Of a stretch of DNA of 43,988 nucleotides, positions 30,117 to 40,283 are shown in pieces. Within the stretch, counting starts at the first letter, position 1; each line of letters opens with the position of its first letter. The DNA lies in NCBI GenBank assembly GCA_964022095.1, contig CAXHZO010000020.1:1-43988 (forward strand), in the 5' to 3' direction. Below the pieces are notes generated by a model. That model saw only the letters and a program-made list of their open reading frames with translations. It was not told the DNA's origin and did not search any database. Origin of the DNA: an uncultured Arcobacteraceae bacterium (lineage in GTDB: Bacteria; Campylobacterota; Campylobacteria; Campylobacterales; Arcobacteraceae). Position numbers and translations under genes: made by a program.

Positions 30117-31213
30117 GTTTAAAAAAAGAGAAATTAAAGTTTTTACCTTTTCGTTTGATTAATAGAGTATTTCCTAAACAAAAGTCAATTTGGTTATTTG
30201 GTTCTTGGTTTGGTGATAAGTATTCTGATAGTCCAAGATATTTGTTTGAATATATAAATTTAGAAAAGAAAGATATTAGACCAATTTGGATAACTAAGGA
30301 TAATGGAGTATATACTTTTTTAAAAGAAAGAAATTTTGAAGTTTATATGTTTGATAGTTTTTTAGGTATTTATTATACTTTAAGGGCTAGTATATGCTTT
30401 GTAACGCAATCTCATATAGATATTAATAAATATATAAAAGTACCAAAAATATATAATTTATGGCATGGTAATCCTTTAAAAAAGATTGGAAATGATGTTT
30501 CTAAGAACAAAAAGAAGTATTTAAAAGATTATTATTTAAGTGCATCTTCAGAGATAGAGAAAGAAAACTTATTTTCAGCATTTAATGTATTTAAAGAAAA
30601 TATTTTTATTACAGGGCTTCCAAGAAATAGTGCATTTAAAAAGAAAAAATCAAATATAAAAAAGATAATTTATATGCCTACTCATAGAGAAGATAGTAAA
30701 TCGAATGTAGTAGATGTAATATCTAAGGATATAGAAAAAGTTAATGCTTTTTTAAAGAGTAAGAAGGTTGAGTTATATTTAAGATTGCACTATTATGATT
30801 TAGAAAAGTTTAATAATCTAGAATTAAACTATACAAACATAAAGAAATATGATTTAGATGAAGATATTTATCAATCAATTAATAATTTTGATTTATTAAT
30901 TACTGATTATTCAAGTATTTACTTAGATTATTTATTAAGTGATAAGCCGATTATATTTTTCCCATATGATTTAGATAATTATATTTCAAAAGATCGAGAA
31001 TTTTATTATGATTATGATGATGTAACACCTGGACCTAAATGTTTTGATTGGAATCAGATTATAATTGAAGTTGATAAATTTATAAATGACAAAAGCTATT
31101 ATAAAAATGATTTATTAAAAACTAAGAATAAATTTCACATATATCAAGATGATAAATACTCGGAAAGAGTCTATTTAGAAGCAAAAAGAATCTTAGGATT
31201 AGATAATGAATAA
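30113..31213 (+). CDS. CDP-glycerol glycerophosphotransferase (TagB/TagF family)
   Basis: WHGNPLKKIG, TGLPRN, YMPTHR, LITDYSSIYLDY motifs; coupled to tagD. Confidence 0.9.
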   Translation: MSLKKEKLKFLPFRLINRVFPKQKSIWLFGSWFGDKYSDSPRYLFEYINLEKKDIRPIWITKDNGVYTFLKERNFEVYMFDSFLGIYYTLRASICFVTQSHIDINKYIKVPKIYNLWHGNPLKKIGNDVSKNKKKYLKDYYLSASSEIEKENLFSAFNVFKENIFITGLPRNSAFKKKKSNIKKIIYMPTHREDSKSNVVDVISKDIEKVNAFLKSKKVELYLRLHYYDLEKFNNLELNYTNIKKYDLDEDIYQSINNFDLLITDYSSIYLDYLLSDKPIIFFPYDLDNYISKDREFYYDYDDVTPGPKCFDWNQIIIEVDKFINDKSYYKNDLLKTKNKFHIYQDDKYSERVYLEAKRILGLDNE

Positions 31214-32045
31214 TATAGTAACAATAGGTGTAGCTTTATATAATCATGAAAAATATATAGTTAAGTGTTTAGAATCAATTGTAAAACAAACTTATAAAAA
31301 TATTGAAATAATAGTTATAGATGATGGTTCTCCGGATAATTCATTTCAAGTAGCAAAAGATTATTTAGAATCTCAAAATTACAATCAAAATTATAAAATA
31401 TACACAAGACCAAATAAAGGTATGTGTAATACTTTAAATGAAATTGCACAGCAAGCAAAAGGTAAATACATTTCTTTTATTGGATCTGATGATTATTGGT
31501 TTTTGAATAAAATTGAAGATCAAGTTAAATATTTAGAAGAGAACCCAAATTTTGTATTAGTTCATTCTAATTCTCAAGTAGTAGATAATGATGATATCGA
31601 AAAAAATATTTTAGATTATTCTCATAAAAAGAATACAGGGTTTCTATTTGATTCTATTATTGAAGGGAAGGGAGGTATTAATACTCCTTCTCATCTATAT
31701 AAAACAAAAATTTATAAAGAAATTGGTTTTTATGATGCAACTTTAAAGTTTGAAGATACTGATTTTTGGTTAAGGCTTACAAAAAATCATGAAGTAGGGT
31801 ATATTAATAAAATTCATACATATTACAGATGGCATGATGATAATCTTAGTGGTAGTAAAAATGTGCTTAAATTTTATTATGAAGAGATTGTAAAAATTTA
31901 TAATAAAAATATTGATGATGAATCAAAAAGAAAAAAAGCAGTTGCAAAAATATATAGAAAATCTTTTCAAAGAGCTATTAGAAGTTTTCAATTTAAGTAT
32001 TTTTTTAAATATTTGTACAAATATTTAAAAGTGAAATTTAGCTAA
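31206..32045 (+). CDS. GT2 glycosyltransferase
   Basis: YNHEKYI, IDDGSPD, GSDD, FEDTDFW. Confidence 0.92.
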   Translation: MNNIVTIGVALYNHEKYIVKCLESIVKQTYKNIEIIVIDDGSPDNSFQVAKDYLESQNYNQNYKIYTRPNKGMCNTLNEIAQQAKGKYISFIGSDDYWFLNKIEDQVKYLEENPNFVLVHSNSQVVDNDDIEKNILDYSHKKNTGFLFDSIIEGKGGINTPSHLYKTKIYKEIGFYDATLKFEDTDFWLRLTKNHEVGYINKIHTYYRWHDDNLSGSKNVLKFYYEEIVKIYNKNIDDESKRKKAVAKIYRKSFQRAIRSFQFKYFFKYLYKYLKVKFS

Positions 32046-32075
32046 TATACAAAATTAATAATTAAAAGGCAGATA

Positions 32076-32861
32076 ATGAGTGAAACAAAAAATGTAATTT
32101 GTATAAAATGGGGAACTGTTTATAGTTCAGAAGATGTAAATAAATTATATAACATGGTTATAAAAAACTCAAAATACAAAATAAATTTTTATTGTTTTAC
32201 TGATAATTCATTGGATTTAAATGAAAATATTATCGTAAAACCAGTGCCTATATTAAATACTATTGAAGATTATGGAACAAAGTATGGTTATCGAAAAGAA
32301 GCAGGTTTATGTGATGACAATTTAGGTGATTTAGCTGGTCAAAGAGTATTGTTTTTTGATTTAGATGTAGTAATTGTTGGAAATATAGATGGATTCTTTG
32401 ATTATCCAAAAGATGACAAGTTTTATATAATAAATGATACAAATACAAAAGGGGATACGGTTGGTCAAGCAACTTGTTACTCATGGGTTGTTGGAACTTT
32501 AGGTTTTATAAAAGAGTATTATGAACAAAATCCAAAAGAGGTTTGTGATAAATTTCATACAGCTTGCCAAGAATTTTTATCTGAACAAGTAATAATCAAA
32601 TTTGGAAAATTAAACTTTTGGCCAGATGACTGGTTTTGTTCATTTAGATTTGACTGTATACCTAAATTCGTACCTTTAAGATATTTTATCACACCAAGCT
32701 TACCTAAAAATATGCCTAATTTAAAAGTCGTAAATTTCCATGGTTATCCAAAACCAGATGAAGCAATTGAAGGGATTTGGAGAGTGAAAAAAGGTCAAAG
32801 TTGGAAGAAAATTTACAAGAAGTGTTTACCTACTCCTTGGATTAAAGACTATTGGTGCTAA
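32076..32861 (+). CDS. GT-A fold putative glycosyltransferase (CIKWG family)
   Basis: ICIKWGTVY, CFTD, FFDLDVVI (DxD), FHGYPKP. Confidence 0.7.
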   Translation: MSETKNVICIKWGTVYSSEDVNKLYNMVIKNSKYKINFYCFTDNSLDLNENIIVKPVPILNTIEDYGTKYGYRKEAGLCDDNLGDLAGQRVLFFDLDVVIVGNIDGFFDYPKDDKFYIINDTNTKGDTVGQATCYSWVVGTLGFIKEYYEQNPKEVCDKFHTACQEFLSEQVIIKFGKLNFWPDDWFCSFRFDCIPKFVPLRYFITPSLPKNMPNLKVVNFHGYPKPDEAIEGIWRVKKGQSWKKIYKKCLPTPWIKDYWC

Positions 32862-32864
32862 TCG

Positions 32865-33776
32865 ATGTTAAAACAGCATAAATTATCAGATAAGTTAGGT
32901 TCAACTGTTGGTGTTGGGATTTTAAGTTGGAAATCACATAAAACTTTGGAGAGAAGTTTACAAAGTTATGAAAAAGTTGGTTTTAAAGAGTTATTTGATG
33001 AAGTTAAAATAATTTTTCAAGAAATATCTGATGATGATATAGCCCTTGCTAATAAATATGGTTATGACTATGTTGGTACAGAAAAAAATCTTGGTATACA
33101 GCATGGACATAAATTAATATATGAAAATTTAGATACTGATTACATATTGGTTTTAGAAAATGATAATCCAATAGTAGAAAATGAGTTAGTTGTAGAACAA
33201 ATTCTAGAGAAATCAATAAATTTTTTAAAACAAAATAAAATTGATGTAATGAGATTAAGACATAGATGGAATTTTGGTGAGTCTTTTAGTTTGGAAAAGT
33301 ATTTAAATTACTATAACGTAACTAAATTACATCCCAACTATATTTTTGATGAATTAGACACTAACAACAAAGCTTCTTTTAGTAAATTTTTTAAAAAAAT
33401 ATTTAGAAAAGAAAAAGCATTAAGAGTTGCAGGGTATGGATTATACTTTGAACAAAATCCTCATGAAGTTTTTCCAGAGTTTGTAGAAAAAATAGAAGAT
33501 GAAATATATGCAGTAAATTCAAGAATATTAACTTGGACTAATCAAAGTGTCTTATTAAAAAGAGAATTTTACGGTAAATTATTAGAGTATTCATACAAAA
33601 ATCCAAGTTCTCGTACTGCAAATGGTTTTCAGGATTTAGAAAAACCTTTGAATTCAAAATGGTGGAGAACACAAAACTTTAAAATTGGTATTTGTAATGG
33701 ACTTTTTACCCATAATAGATTTGATGATAGTTGGAGAAAGACACACCAAGCATTTAATAGTGAAATAAAAAATTAG
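32865..33776 (+). CDS. putative GT-A fold glycosyltransferase
   Basis: VGILSW, NLGI, YILVLEND, WTNQ; LOS cluster context. Confidence 0.6.
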   Translation: MLKQHKLSDKLGSTVGVGILSWKSHKTLERSLQSYEKVGFKELFDEVKIIFQEISDDDIALANKYGYDYVGTEKNLGIQHGHKLIYENLDTDYILVLENDNPIVENELVVEQILEKSINFLKQNKIDVMRLRHRWNFGESFSLEKYLNYYNVTKLHPNYIFDELDTNNKASFSKFFKKIFRKEKALRVAGYGLYFEQNPHEVFPEFVEKIEDEIYAVNSRILTWTNQSVLLKREFYGKLLEYSYKNPSSRTANGFQDLEKPLNSKWWRTQNFKIGICNGLFTHNRFDDSWRKTHQAFNSEIKN

Positions 33777-33785
33777 GGGCTTATA

Positions 33786-34652
33786 TTGTCATTAACTATT
33801 TCATACAAAACAAAAACAAACCTAATAAGAAAACTACTAGAACAAGAAAATATTGATGAATTAGAAAAGAAGTCTTTCTTTTCTAAAATATTTTCTTCAA
33901 GTAATAATTATGCAGATATATATTTTCATACTGGTTCAATAGATAATGAATCATTAGAAAAGATAAAAAATGCAAAAATAGTTATAGTTAACTCTGAAAA
34001 CTTAAAGCATAAAGTAATATTACAAACAAATATTGATTCATCTAAAATTCATGTCATATATCCAAGTATTGACACTATTTATGACAAGCCAAAAACTATT
34101 AAAAAAAACCTCTGTGAAAAATTTGATATTGATTCAAAAAAGAAACTTATATTTTTCACTGCGAAAAACTTTGAAAAATCTGGGATTAAAGAGTTTATTC
34201 AAATTATTGCAAGTTTAACAAATGATAACTATCATGTTCTAATTGCGGGGGATAATAGAGAAATCACAACTTTAAAGTTCAAAATGTCAAAAATAAATAT
34301 GTTTGAGCATATTACATTAATAGAAGAGTATGAAAATATTGATGATCTTTTTTTAGCATCAGATATCTTTATTCTACCTTCATATAATCAATCTTTTGCA
34401 TCAAATGTTCTTAAAGCAATGTTTTGTAAATGTGCAGTATTTGTAACTTCTATTAATCATTCAAATGAATTAGTAGATGTATTTGCAACTATGGATGATC
34501 CAGATGATAGATCAATGGGATTTAAAGTTGATGCACTTTTATCAAATAATGAAGATTTAAAATTAATTAAAAAAGAAAATAGAAAAAAAGCGCTACAATA
34601 CACTTTAGAGAATAATTTAGAAAGAATTAATGAAATTATAAACGATATTTAA
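33786..34652 (+). CDS. short GT4/WaaG-like glycosyltransferase with degenerate motif
   Basis: IVNS, IYPSID, AKNFEKSG, ASDIFILPSYNQSFASNVLKAM; TTG start. Confidence 0.72.
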   Translation: MSLTISYKTKTNLIRKLLEQENIDELEKKSFFSKIFSSSNNYADIYFHTGSIDNESLEKIKNAKIVIVNSENLKHKVILQTNIDSSKIHVIYPSIDTIYDKPKTIKKNLCEKFDIDSKKKLIFFTAKNFEKSGIKEFIQIIASLTNDNYHVLIAGDNREITTLKFKMSKINMFEHITLIEEYENIDDLFLASDIFILPSYNQSFASNVLKAMFCKCAVFVTSINHSNELVDVFATMDDPDDRSMGFKVDALLSNNEDLKLIKKENRKKALQYTLENNLERINEIINDI

Positions 34653-34712
34653 ATTAGACTTAAGAATAAAAAGATAAAATACGCGAATATTTTTCACTAT
34701 GAAGGAAAGACA

Positions 34713-34901
34713 ATGTCAAGAAGATGTGCAATATCAGGAAAAGGACCTATGGTTGGTAACAACGTAAGTCACGCAAAAAACAGAACAAAAAAGAGATTTT
34801 TACCAAACTTAAGAACTGTTAAAGTTACTTTAGAAGACGGTACAACTAGAAGAATTAAAATTTCTGCTAAAGAGTTAAGAACTCTTAAAAAAGACTCATA
34901 A
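34713..34901 (+). CDS. rpmB: 50S ribosomal protein L28
   Basis: [46 protein letters not shown] at 34675-34680. Confidence 0.98.
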   Translation: MSRRCAISGKGPMVGNNVSHAKNRTKKRFLPNLRTVKVTLEDGTTRRIKISAKELRTLKKDS

Positions 34902-34926
34902 AAGAAAGCGCTAGAAGAGTGCTTTC

Positions 34927-36054
34927 GTGAGCTTCTTCACTAAACTCAAAAAAGCTCTGGGCTGGGAGATACGAACAGCTAAACCTGAATACGACTTAAA
35001 TACTGAAATTTATTCTCAATTAAAACCTTTTAGATTACCCTTAATTTTAATACAAGCAATAATGTTAATTGGAACATTAGGTTATGTGTATATTGAAGAT
35101 TATACAATTATGCATGCTATTTTTCAATCAGCATATACATTTACAACAACTGGATTTGGTGCATTAAATGAAGCCAACTTTAGTAATCAAGGTATTGTAT
35201 TTACTGTTACTTTGATGCTTATGGGATTTGCTGTACTTACATTTTCTGTGGGTATTGTTATTGATGTTATTGCAAATGGTTCGTTATTGGAATTACTTAA
35301 GGAAAGAAGAATGCTATATAGAATTGCTAGATTAAGAAGACATTTTGTTATTTGTTATCACAATGAATACACAGCTCAATTAGCTAAACAGTTTAGAGCT
35401 AATCATATTCCATTTGTAGTGGTTGATCCAAGTGAGGACATTGAAGAGATTGCAAAAGAAAACAATTATCCATATTATGTGAAAGAAGAGCCTTACAAAG
35501 AGGTTGCTTTTTTGAAATCTCACCTAAGTTCAGCAAGAGGTGCTATTACTCTTTCAAAAGATATTTCAGACAATATTACTTTAATTGCATCTGTTAGATT
35601 ATATGAAAAAGAACTTGGAAGAAATCCATTTTTAATCATTTCTAATGCTGAAACACAAAATGAGAAGATTAGACTAATGAAACTTGGTGCAGATAAAGTG
35701 GTTGCAACACCATCACTTATGGCAAAAAGAGTTTCTGCAATGGCAATTAGGCCAGATATGGAAAATGTACTTGATGAGTTTTTATACAAAAAAGATACGC
35801 CAATTGATATGGAAGAAGTTTTTGTAAGTGAACATTCATGGGCGGTAAATAGAGAAATCAGGGATTTACACTTAAGAGATAGGCTAAAAGTTTCAATTAT
35901 TGGAATTACTGAAAATAAAGGGAAATTTGTTCAAATGCCAAAAGGAACTACACAAATTAATTCAAATTGTAAATTATTGTTAGTTGGTTCTCAAAAAGGT
36001 ATTTCAAGAGCAAAAAGAATGATTAACTTAACTAAAAAACCAGAGGAATTATAA
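34927..36054 (+). CDS. kch: 2TM potassium channel with RCK (TrkA-N/C) domains
   Basis: TM-pore-TM with TTTGFG selectivity filter, KLGADKVV RCK segment, TrkA-C tail. Confidence 0.88.
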   Translation: MSFFTKLKKALGWEIRTAKPEYDLNTEIYSQLKPFRLPLILIQAIMLIGTLGYVYIEDYTIMHAIFQSAYTFTTTGFGALNEANFSNQGIVFTVTLMLMGFAVLTFSVGIVIDVIANGSLLELLKERRMLYRIARLRRHFVICYHNEYTAQLAKQFRANHIPFVVVDPSEDIEEIAKENNYPYYVKEEPYKEVAFLKSHLSSARGAITLSKDISDNITLIASVRLYEKELGRNPFLIISNAETQNEKIRLMKLGADKVVATPSLMAKRVSAMAIRPDMENVLDEFLYKKDTPIDMEEVFVSEHSWAVNREIRDLHLRDRLKVSIIGITENKGKFVQMPKGTTQINSNCKLLLVGSQKGISRAKRMINLTKKPEEL

Positions 36055-36055
36055 A

Positions 36056-37237
36056 ATGTTTACTATTTTACCAATTAAGGGTTTTATTGACCAAATAGAT
36101 GGATTTTATTGTGGTGGAATTCATGCAGGTTTAAAACCAAATGGAAATAACGATTTAGGATTTATTTATACTAAAGAAGCTTGTAATGTACAAGCTTTAT
36201 TTACAGAGAATAGATTTCAAGCAGCACCATTAAAACATTTTCAAAATTATGAAAATAACTTCAAAACAAACTTTGTTTTAGTTAATTCAAAAAATGCAAA
36301 TGCAATGACTGGAAAAAAAGGAATTGAAGATATTAATACTATTTTTTCTTCTTTAAATTATGATTTAATAAATCCAGTGATGAGTAGTACAGGAGTTATT
36401 GGAAATCCATTACCAATACAAAAAATTGTAGATGGTGCAAATAGTTTTGATTTAACATCTAAAAATGGTGAAGAATTAGCAAAAGCTATTATGACAACTG
36501 ATGCATATGAAAAAACTTGTATGTACGAAGTAAAACTTGAAGATGGAAGTTCATTTAAAATAGGAGCAGTTGCTAAAGGAGCAGGGATGATAAACCCAAA
36601 TCTTGCAACTATGCTTTGTTTTATTTGTACTGATGCCGCAATTAACAATGATGATATGCAAGAAGCTTTAAAAATTAATAGTGAAACAACATTTAATGCA
36701 ATTTCAGTTGATGGTGATACTTCAACAAATGATACAGTAATGTTATTAGCAAATGGAAAATCAAATGCTTATGATAAAGAAGCATTTAGCGAAGCTTTAA
36801 GACTAGTAATGCATGATATGGCTATGTTAATGGTTGCAGATGGTGAGGGTGCTAAAAAAGCAGCAGCTTTTGAAATTATTAATGCAGTAAATAATGAGCA
36901 AGCTCAAGTTGCAGCAAAAGCATTATCAAACTCACTTTTAGTAAAAACAGCACTGTTTGGAGAAGATCCAAACTTTGGAAGAATAGCTTCTACTATTGGA
37001 GCATCTAGAATTGATAGTGATGAAGAAAAACTTGTTATAAAATATAATGATGTTATTGTTTACAACAAAGGTGAACTTTGTTTTACTCCTGAAGTTGAAG
37101 AAAAAGCTGGGAATGTATTAAAAAATGATAAGTTTAAAATTACTTGTGATATTGGATTAGGAGAAGGAAAGTTTACTGCATATGGTTGTGATTTAGGTTA
37201 TAAATATATTGAAATCAATGCAGACTATAGAACATAA
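36056..37237 (+). CDS. argJ: ornithine acetyltransferase ArgJ
   Basis: KGAGMINPNLATML autoproteolysis site, DGDTSTND, DGEGA, EDPNFGRI, INADYRT. Confidence 0.97.
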   Translation: MFTILPIKGFIDQIDGFYCGGIHAGLKPNGNNDLGFIYTKEACNVQALFTENRFQAAPLKHFQNYENNFKTNFVLVNSKNANAMTGKKGIEDINTIFSSLNYDLINPVMSSTGVIGNPLPIQKIVDGANSFDLTSKNGEELAKAIMTTDAYEKTCMYEVKLEDGSSFKIGAVAKGAGMINPNLATMLCFICTDAAINNDDMQEALKINSETTFNAISVDGDTSTNDTVMLLANGKSNAYDKEAFSEALRLVMHDMAMLMVADGEGAKKAAAFEIINAVNNEQAQVAAKALSNSLLVKTALFGEDPNFGRIASTIGASRIDSDEEKLVIKYNDVIVYNKGELCFTPEVEEKAGNVLKNDKFKITCDIGLGEGKFTAYGCDLGYKYIEINADYRT

Positions 37238-37303
37238 ATTCAAAATTTATTAAGTAGTAACGCTGTATAATTATAATAAGAAAATAACTAAAAGGATACG
37301 ACA

Positions 37304-37519
37304 ATGTTTCATGAATACAGAGATTTAATTACAGAATTAAAACAAAAAGATGCACACTTTCATAAATTATTTGACAAGCACAATGATTTAGATGAGCAAA
37401 TTGCAAAATTAGAAAAAAAACATGCAGATCAATTTGAAATAGAGTCATTAAAAAAAGAGAAATTAAAACTTAAAGATGAAGTTTATAATGCAATTATAAA
37501 GTATAAAAACGAAAAATAA
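37304..37519 (+). CDS. YdcH/DUF465 family protein
   Basis: MFHEYRDLITELK..DAHF..LKKEKLKLKDE pattern; AAGGA SD; tandem TATAAT at 37266 and 37272. Confidence 0.88.
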   Translation: MFHEYRDLITELKQKDAHFHKLFDKHNDLDEQIAKLEKKHADQFEIESLKKEKLKLKDEVYNAIIKYKNEK

Positions 37520-37545
37520 TTTTAATATTTTAATTAATTGTACTT

Positions 37546-37584
37546 AAAAAAGGGGCTGAAATTAAATTTTCAGCCCCTTTTTTT
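37546..37584. terminator. bidirectional intrinsic terminator
   Basis: AAAAAAGGGGCTGAAA-TTAAAT-TTTCAGCCCCTTTTTTT. Confidence 0.92.
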
Positions 37585-37664
37585 ATGGGAACAATTTTGT
37601 TACAAGTTATACTAAGGGCTTTTTAGATAAAATATCCTAATTTTATAACTAAAGGCCTTTTTTT

Positions 37665-40280
37665 ATGGAAAACCTTTTCGAAAACCAAGATATTATTGAT
37701 GTAAATATAGAAGATTCTGTTAAAGCTTCATATCTAGATTACTCAATGAGTGTAATTATTGGACGTGCTTTACCAGATGCAAAGGATGGTTTAAAACCTG
37801 TTCACAGAAGAATTTTATATGCTATGCATGATTTAAATATATCATCAAAATCATCGTATAAAAAGTCTGCGAGAATTGTTGGAGATGTTATTGGTAAGTA
37901 CCATCCACATGGTGACTCATCAGTTTATGATGCCCTAGTAAGAATGGCACAGGATTTCTCAATGAGAGCTCCACTAGTTGATGGACAAGGAAACTTTGGT
38001 TCAATTGACGGTGATAATGCTGCAGCGATGAGATATACCGAAGCTAGAATGACTAAAGTTGCTGAAGAAGTATTAAGAGATTTAGACAAAGACACAGTTA
38101 ACTTTGTTCAAAACTATGATGATACTTTAAAAGAACCTGCTGTTCTTCCAACAAGAGTTCCCACACTACTTTTAAATGGTAGTGAAGGTATTGCTGTTGG
38201 TATGGCTACAAAGATTCCTCCTCATAATATGGGTGAATTATTAGATGCAGTTTTACATTGTATTGACAATCCAGAATCAACTGCTGATGAACTAATGCAG
38301 TTTATTCAAGGTCCAGATTTCCCAACAGGTGGTACTATTTTTGGTAGAAGAGGTATTATTGATGCTTATAATACTGGACGTGGAAGAGTTAGAATTAGAG
38401 CTAAACACCATATTGAAACAAAAGGTAAAAAAGAGATCATCGTTTTAGATGAATTGCCATACCAAGTAAATAAATCAAGACTTATTGAGCTAATTGCAAA
38501 CTTAGCAAAAGATAAACAAATTGAAGGAATATCTGAAGTAAGAGATGAGTCAGATAGAGAAGGTATTAGAGTTGTAATTGAGCTTAAAAAAGATGCGATG
38601 AGTGAGATTGTTTTAAACAACCTTTATAAATCAACACCAATGGAAACTACATTTGGTATTATTCTTTTAGCTGTTTATAACAAAGAACCAAAGGTATTTA
38701 CATTACCAGAGCTTTTAAATGTTTTCTTATCACATAGAAAAACAGTAATTATTAGAAGAACAATTTTTGATTTAGAAAAAGCAAAAGCAAGAGCACATAT
38801 TTTAGAAGGTTTAAAAATTGCCCTTGATAATATTGATGAAGTTGTTAAAATCATTAGAAGTTCAGCAAATGATTCTGAAGCTAAAGAGAGTCTTCAAAAT
38901 AGATTTGGATTAAGTGTAATTCAATCACAAGCAATCTTAGATATGAGACTTGGAAGATTAACAGGTCTTCAAAGAGAAAAATTAGAAGCTGAATATCAAG
39001 AGCTTATGATTTTAATTGCAGAACTTGAATCAATTTTAAAATCTGAAGATAAATTAAATGAAATTATTAGAGAAGAATTAGTTGAAATAAAAGATAGATT
39101 CTCATCTGATAGAAGAACTGAAATTGAAGATTCATATGATGAAATTGATATTGAAGACTTAATTCCAAATGAGCCAATGGTAGTTACTATTACTCATAAT
39201 GGCTATGTAAAAAGAGTACCAATTAAATCATACGAAAAACAAAGAAGAGGTGGTAAAGGTAAAGTTGCAGTTACTACTCATGATGATGACTTTATCGAAA
39301 AATTCTTTGTAAGTAATACCCATGATACATTAATGTTTATTACAAATATGGGTCAATTATACTGGCTAAAAGTTTATAGAATACCAGAAGGTTCTAGAAC
39401 AGCTAAAGGTAAAGCAGTTGTTAACTTAATTAACTTAAGACCTGATGAGAAGATTATGGCAATAATTCCAACATCAGACTTTGATGAGTCTAAATCTTTA
39501 ACATTCTTTACTAGAAATGGTATTGTAAAAAGAACTAACTTAAGTGAATTTAGCAATATTAGATCAAATGGTGTAAGAGCAATTGTTCTTGATGAACTAG
39601 ATGAAATTGTTACAGCTAAGATCACAACTGTTGAGACACAATTCTTAATGGTATTTACAAGTTTAGGTCAATGTATTAGATTTGAAGTTGAAAAAACAAG
39701 AGAGCAAGGTAGAAGCACAAGAGGGGTTAGAGGTATTAAGTTTAAACATGATACTGACTTCGTAGTTGATGCTGATGCAATTACAAATGAAGAGCAAGAA
39801 TTATTAACTGTATCTGAAAAAGGTATTGGAAAAAGAACTCAAGTAGAAGAGTACAGATGTACAAACAGAGCAGGTTCTGGTGTTATTTCAATGAAACTTT
39901 CTGGAAAAACTGGAAATGTTGTTGGAGAAGTATTAGTTGATGATACACAAGACTTAATGTTATTAACTTCTATTGGAAAAATGATTAGAGTTGACATGAA
40001 TACAATTAGAAAAGCTGGAAGAAATACTTCTGGAGTTATTATTGTAAATGTTGATAAAAATGATAAAGTAGTTTCAATTTCAAAATGTCCAAAACAAGAT
40101 GAAGAGATTGAAGTAGATGAAAATGGAAATGTTATAAGATATAACGAAGATGGCGAAATTATTGAATCAATTGATTTAGAAAGTGGTGAGAGTACAACTC
40201 CTGTTTTAGAAGAAAAAAAATCAAATGATACACCATCTTTAATAGATGATTTAGAAGAAAATAAAGGCGAGGAAGAGTAA
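37665..40280 (+). CDS. gyrA: DNA gyrase subunit A
   Basis: [22 protein letters not shown] catalytic Tyr, GyrA-box QRRGGKG, acidic tail. Confidence 0.99.
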   Translation: MENLFENQDIIDVNIEDSVKASYLDYSMSVIIGRALPDAKDGLKPVHRRILYAMHDLNISSKSSYKKSARIVGDVIGKYHPHGDSSVYDALVRMAQDFSMRAPLVDGQGNFGSIDGDNAAAMRYTEARMTKVAEEVLRDLDKDTVNFVQNYDDTLKEPAVLPTRVPTLLLNGSEGIAVGMATKIPPHNMGELLDAVLHCIDNPESTADELMQFIQGPDFPTGGTIFGRRGIIDAYNTGRGRVRIRAKHHIETKGKKEIIVLDELPYQVNKSRLIELIANLAKDKQIEGISEVRDESDREGIRVVIELKKDAMSEIVLNNLYKSTPMETTFGIILLAVYNKEPKVFTLPELLNVFLSHRKTVIIRRTIFDLEKAKARAHILEGLKIALDNIDEVVKIIRSSANDSEAKESLQNRFGLSVIQSQAILDMRLGRLTGLQREKLEAEYQELMILIAELESILKSEDKLNEIIREELVEIKDRFSSDRRTEIEDSYDEIDIEDLIPNEPMVVTITHNGYVKRVPIKSYEKQRRGGKGKVAVTTHDDDFIEKFFVSNTHDTLMFITNMGQLYWLKVYRIPEGSRTAKGKAVVNLINLRPDEKIMAIIPTSDFDESKSLTFFTRNGIVKRTNLSEFSNIRSNGVRAIVLDELDEIVTAKITTVETQFLMVFTSLGQCIRFEVEKTREQGRSTRGVRGIKFKHDTDFVVDADAITNEEQELLTVSEKGIGKRTQVEEYRCTNRAGSGVISMKLSGKTGNVVGEVLVDDTQDLMLLTSIGKMIRVDMNTIRKAGRNTSGVIIVNVDKNDKVVSISKCPKQDEEIEVDENGNVIRYNEDGEIIESIDLESGESTTPVLEEKKSNDTPSLIDDLEENKGEEE

Positions 40281-40283
40281 TTT

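Noticed and set aside
20234-34652. Phase-variable homopolymer tracts in LOS genes
   Set aside because: No poly-G/C tracts seen; A8-A9 runs (e.g. 20293-20300, 29730-29738) are expected at this AT content and the frames are intact.
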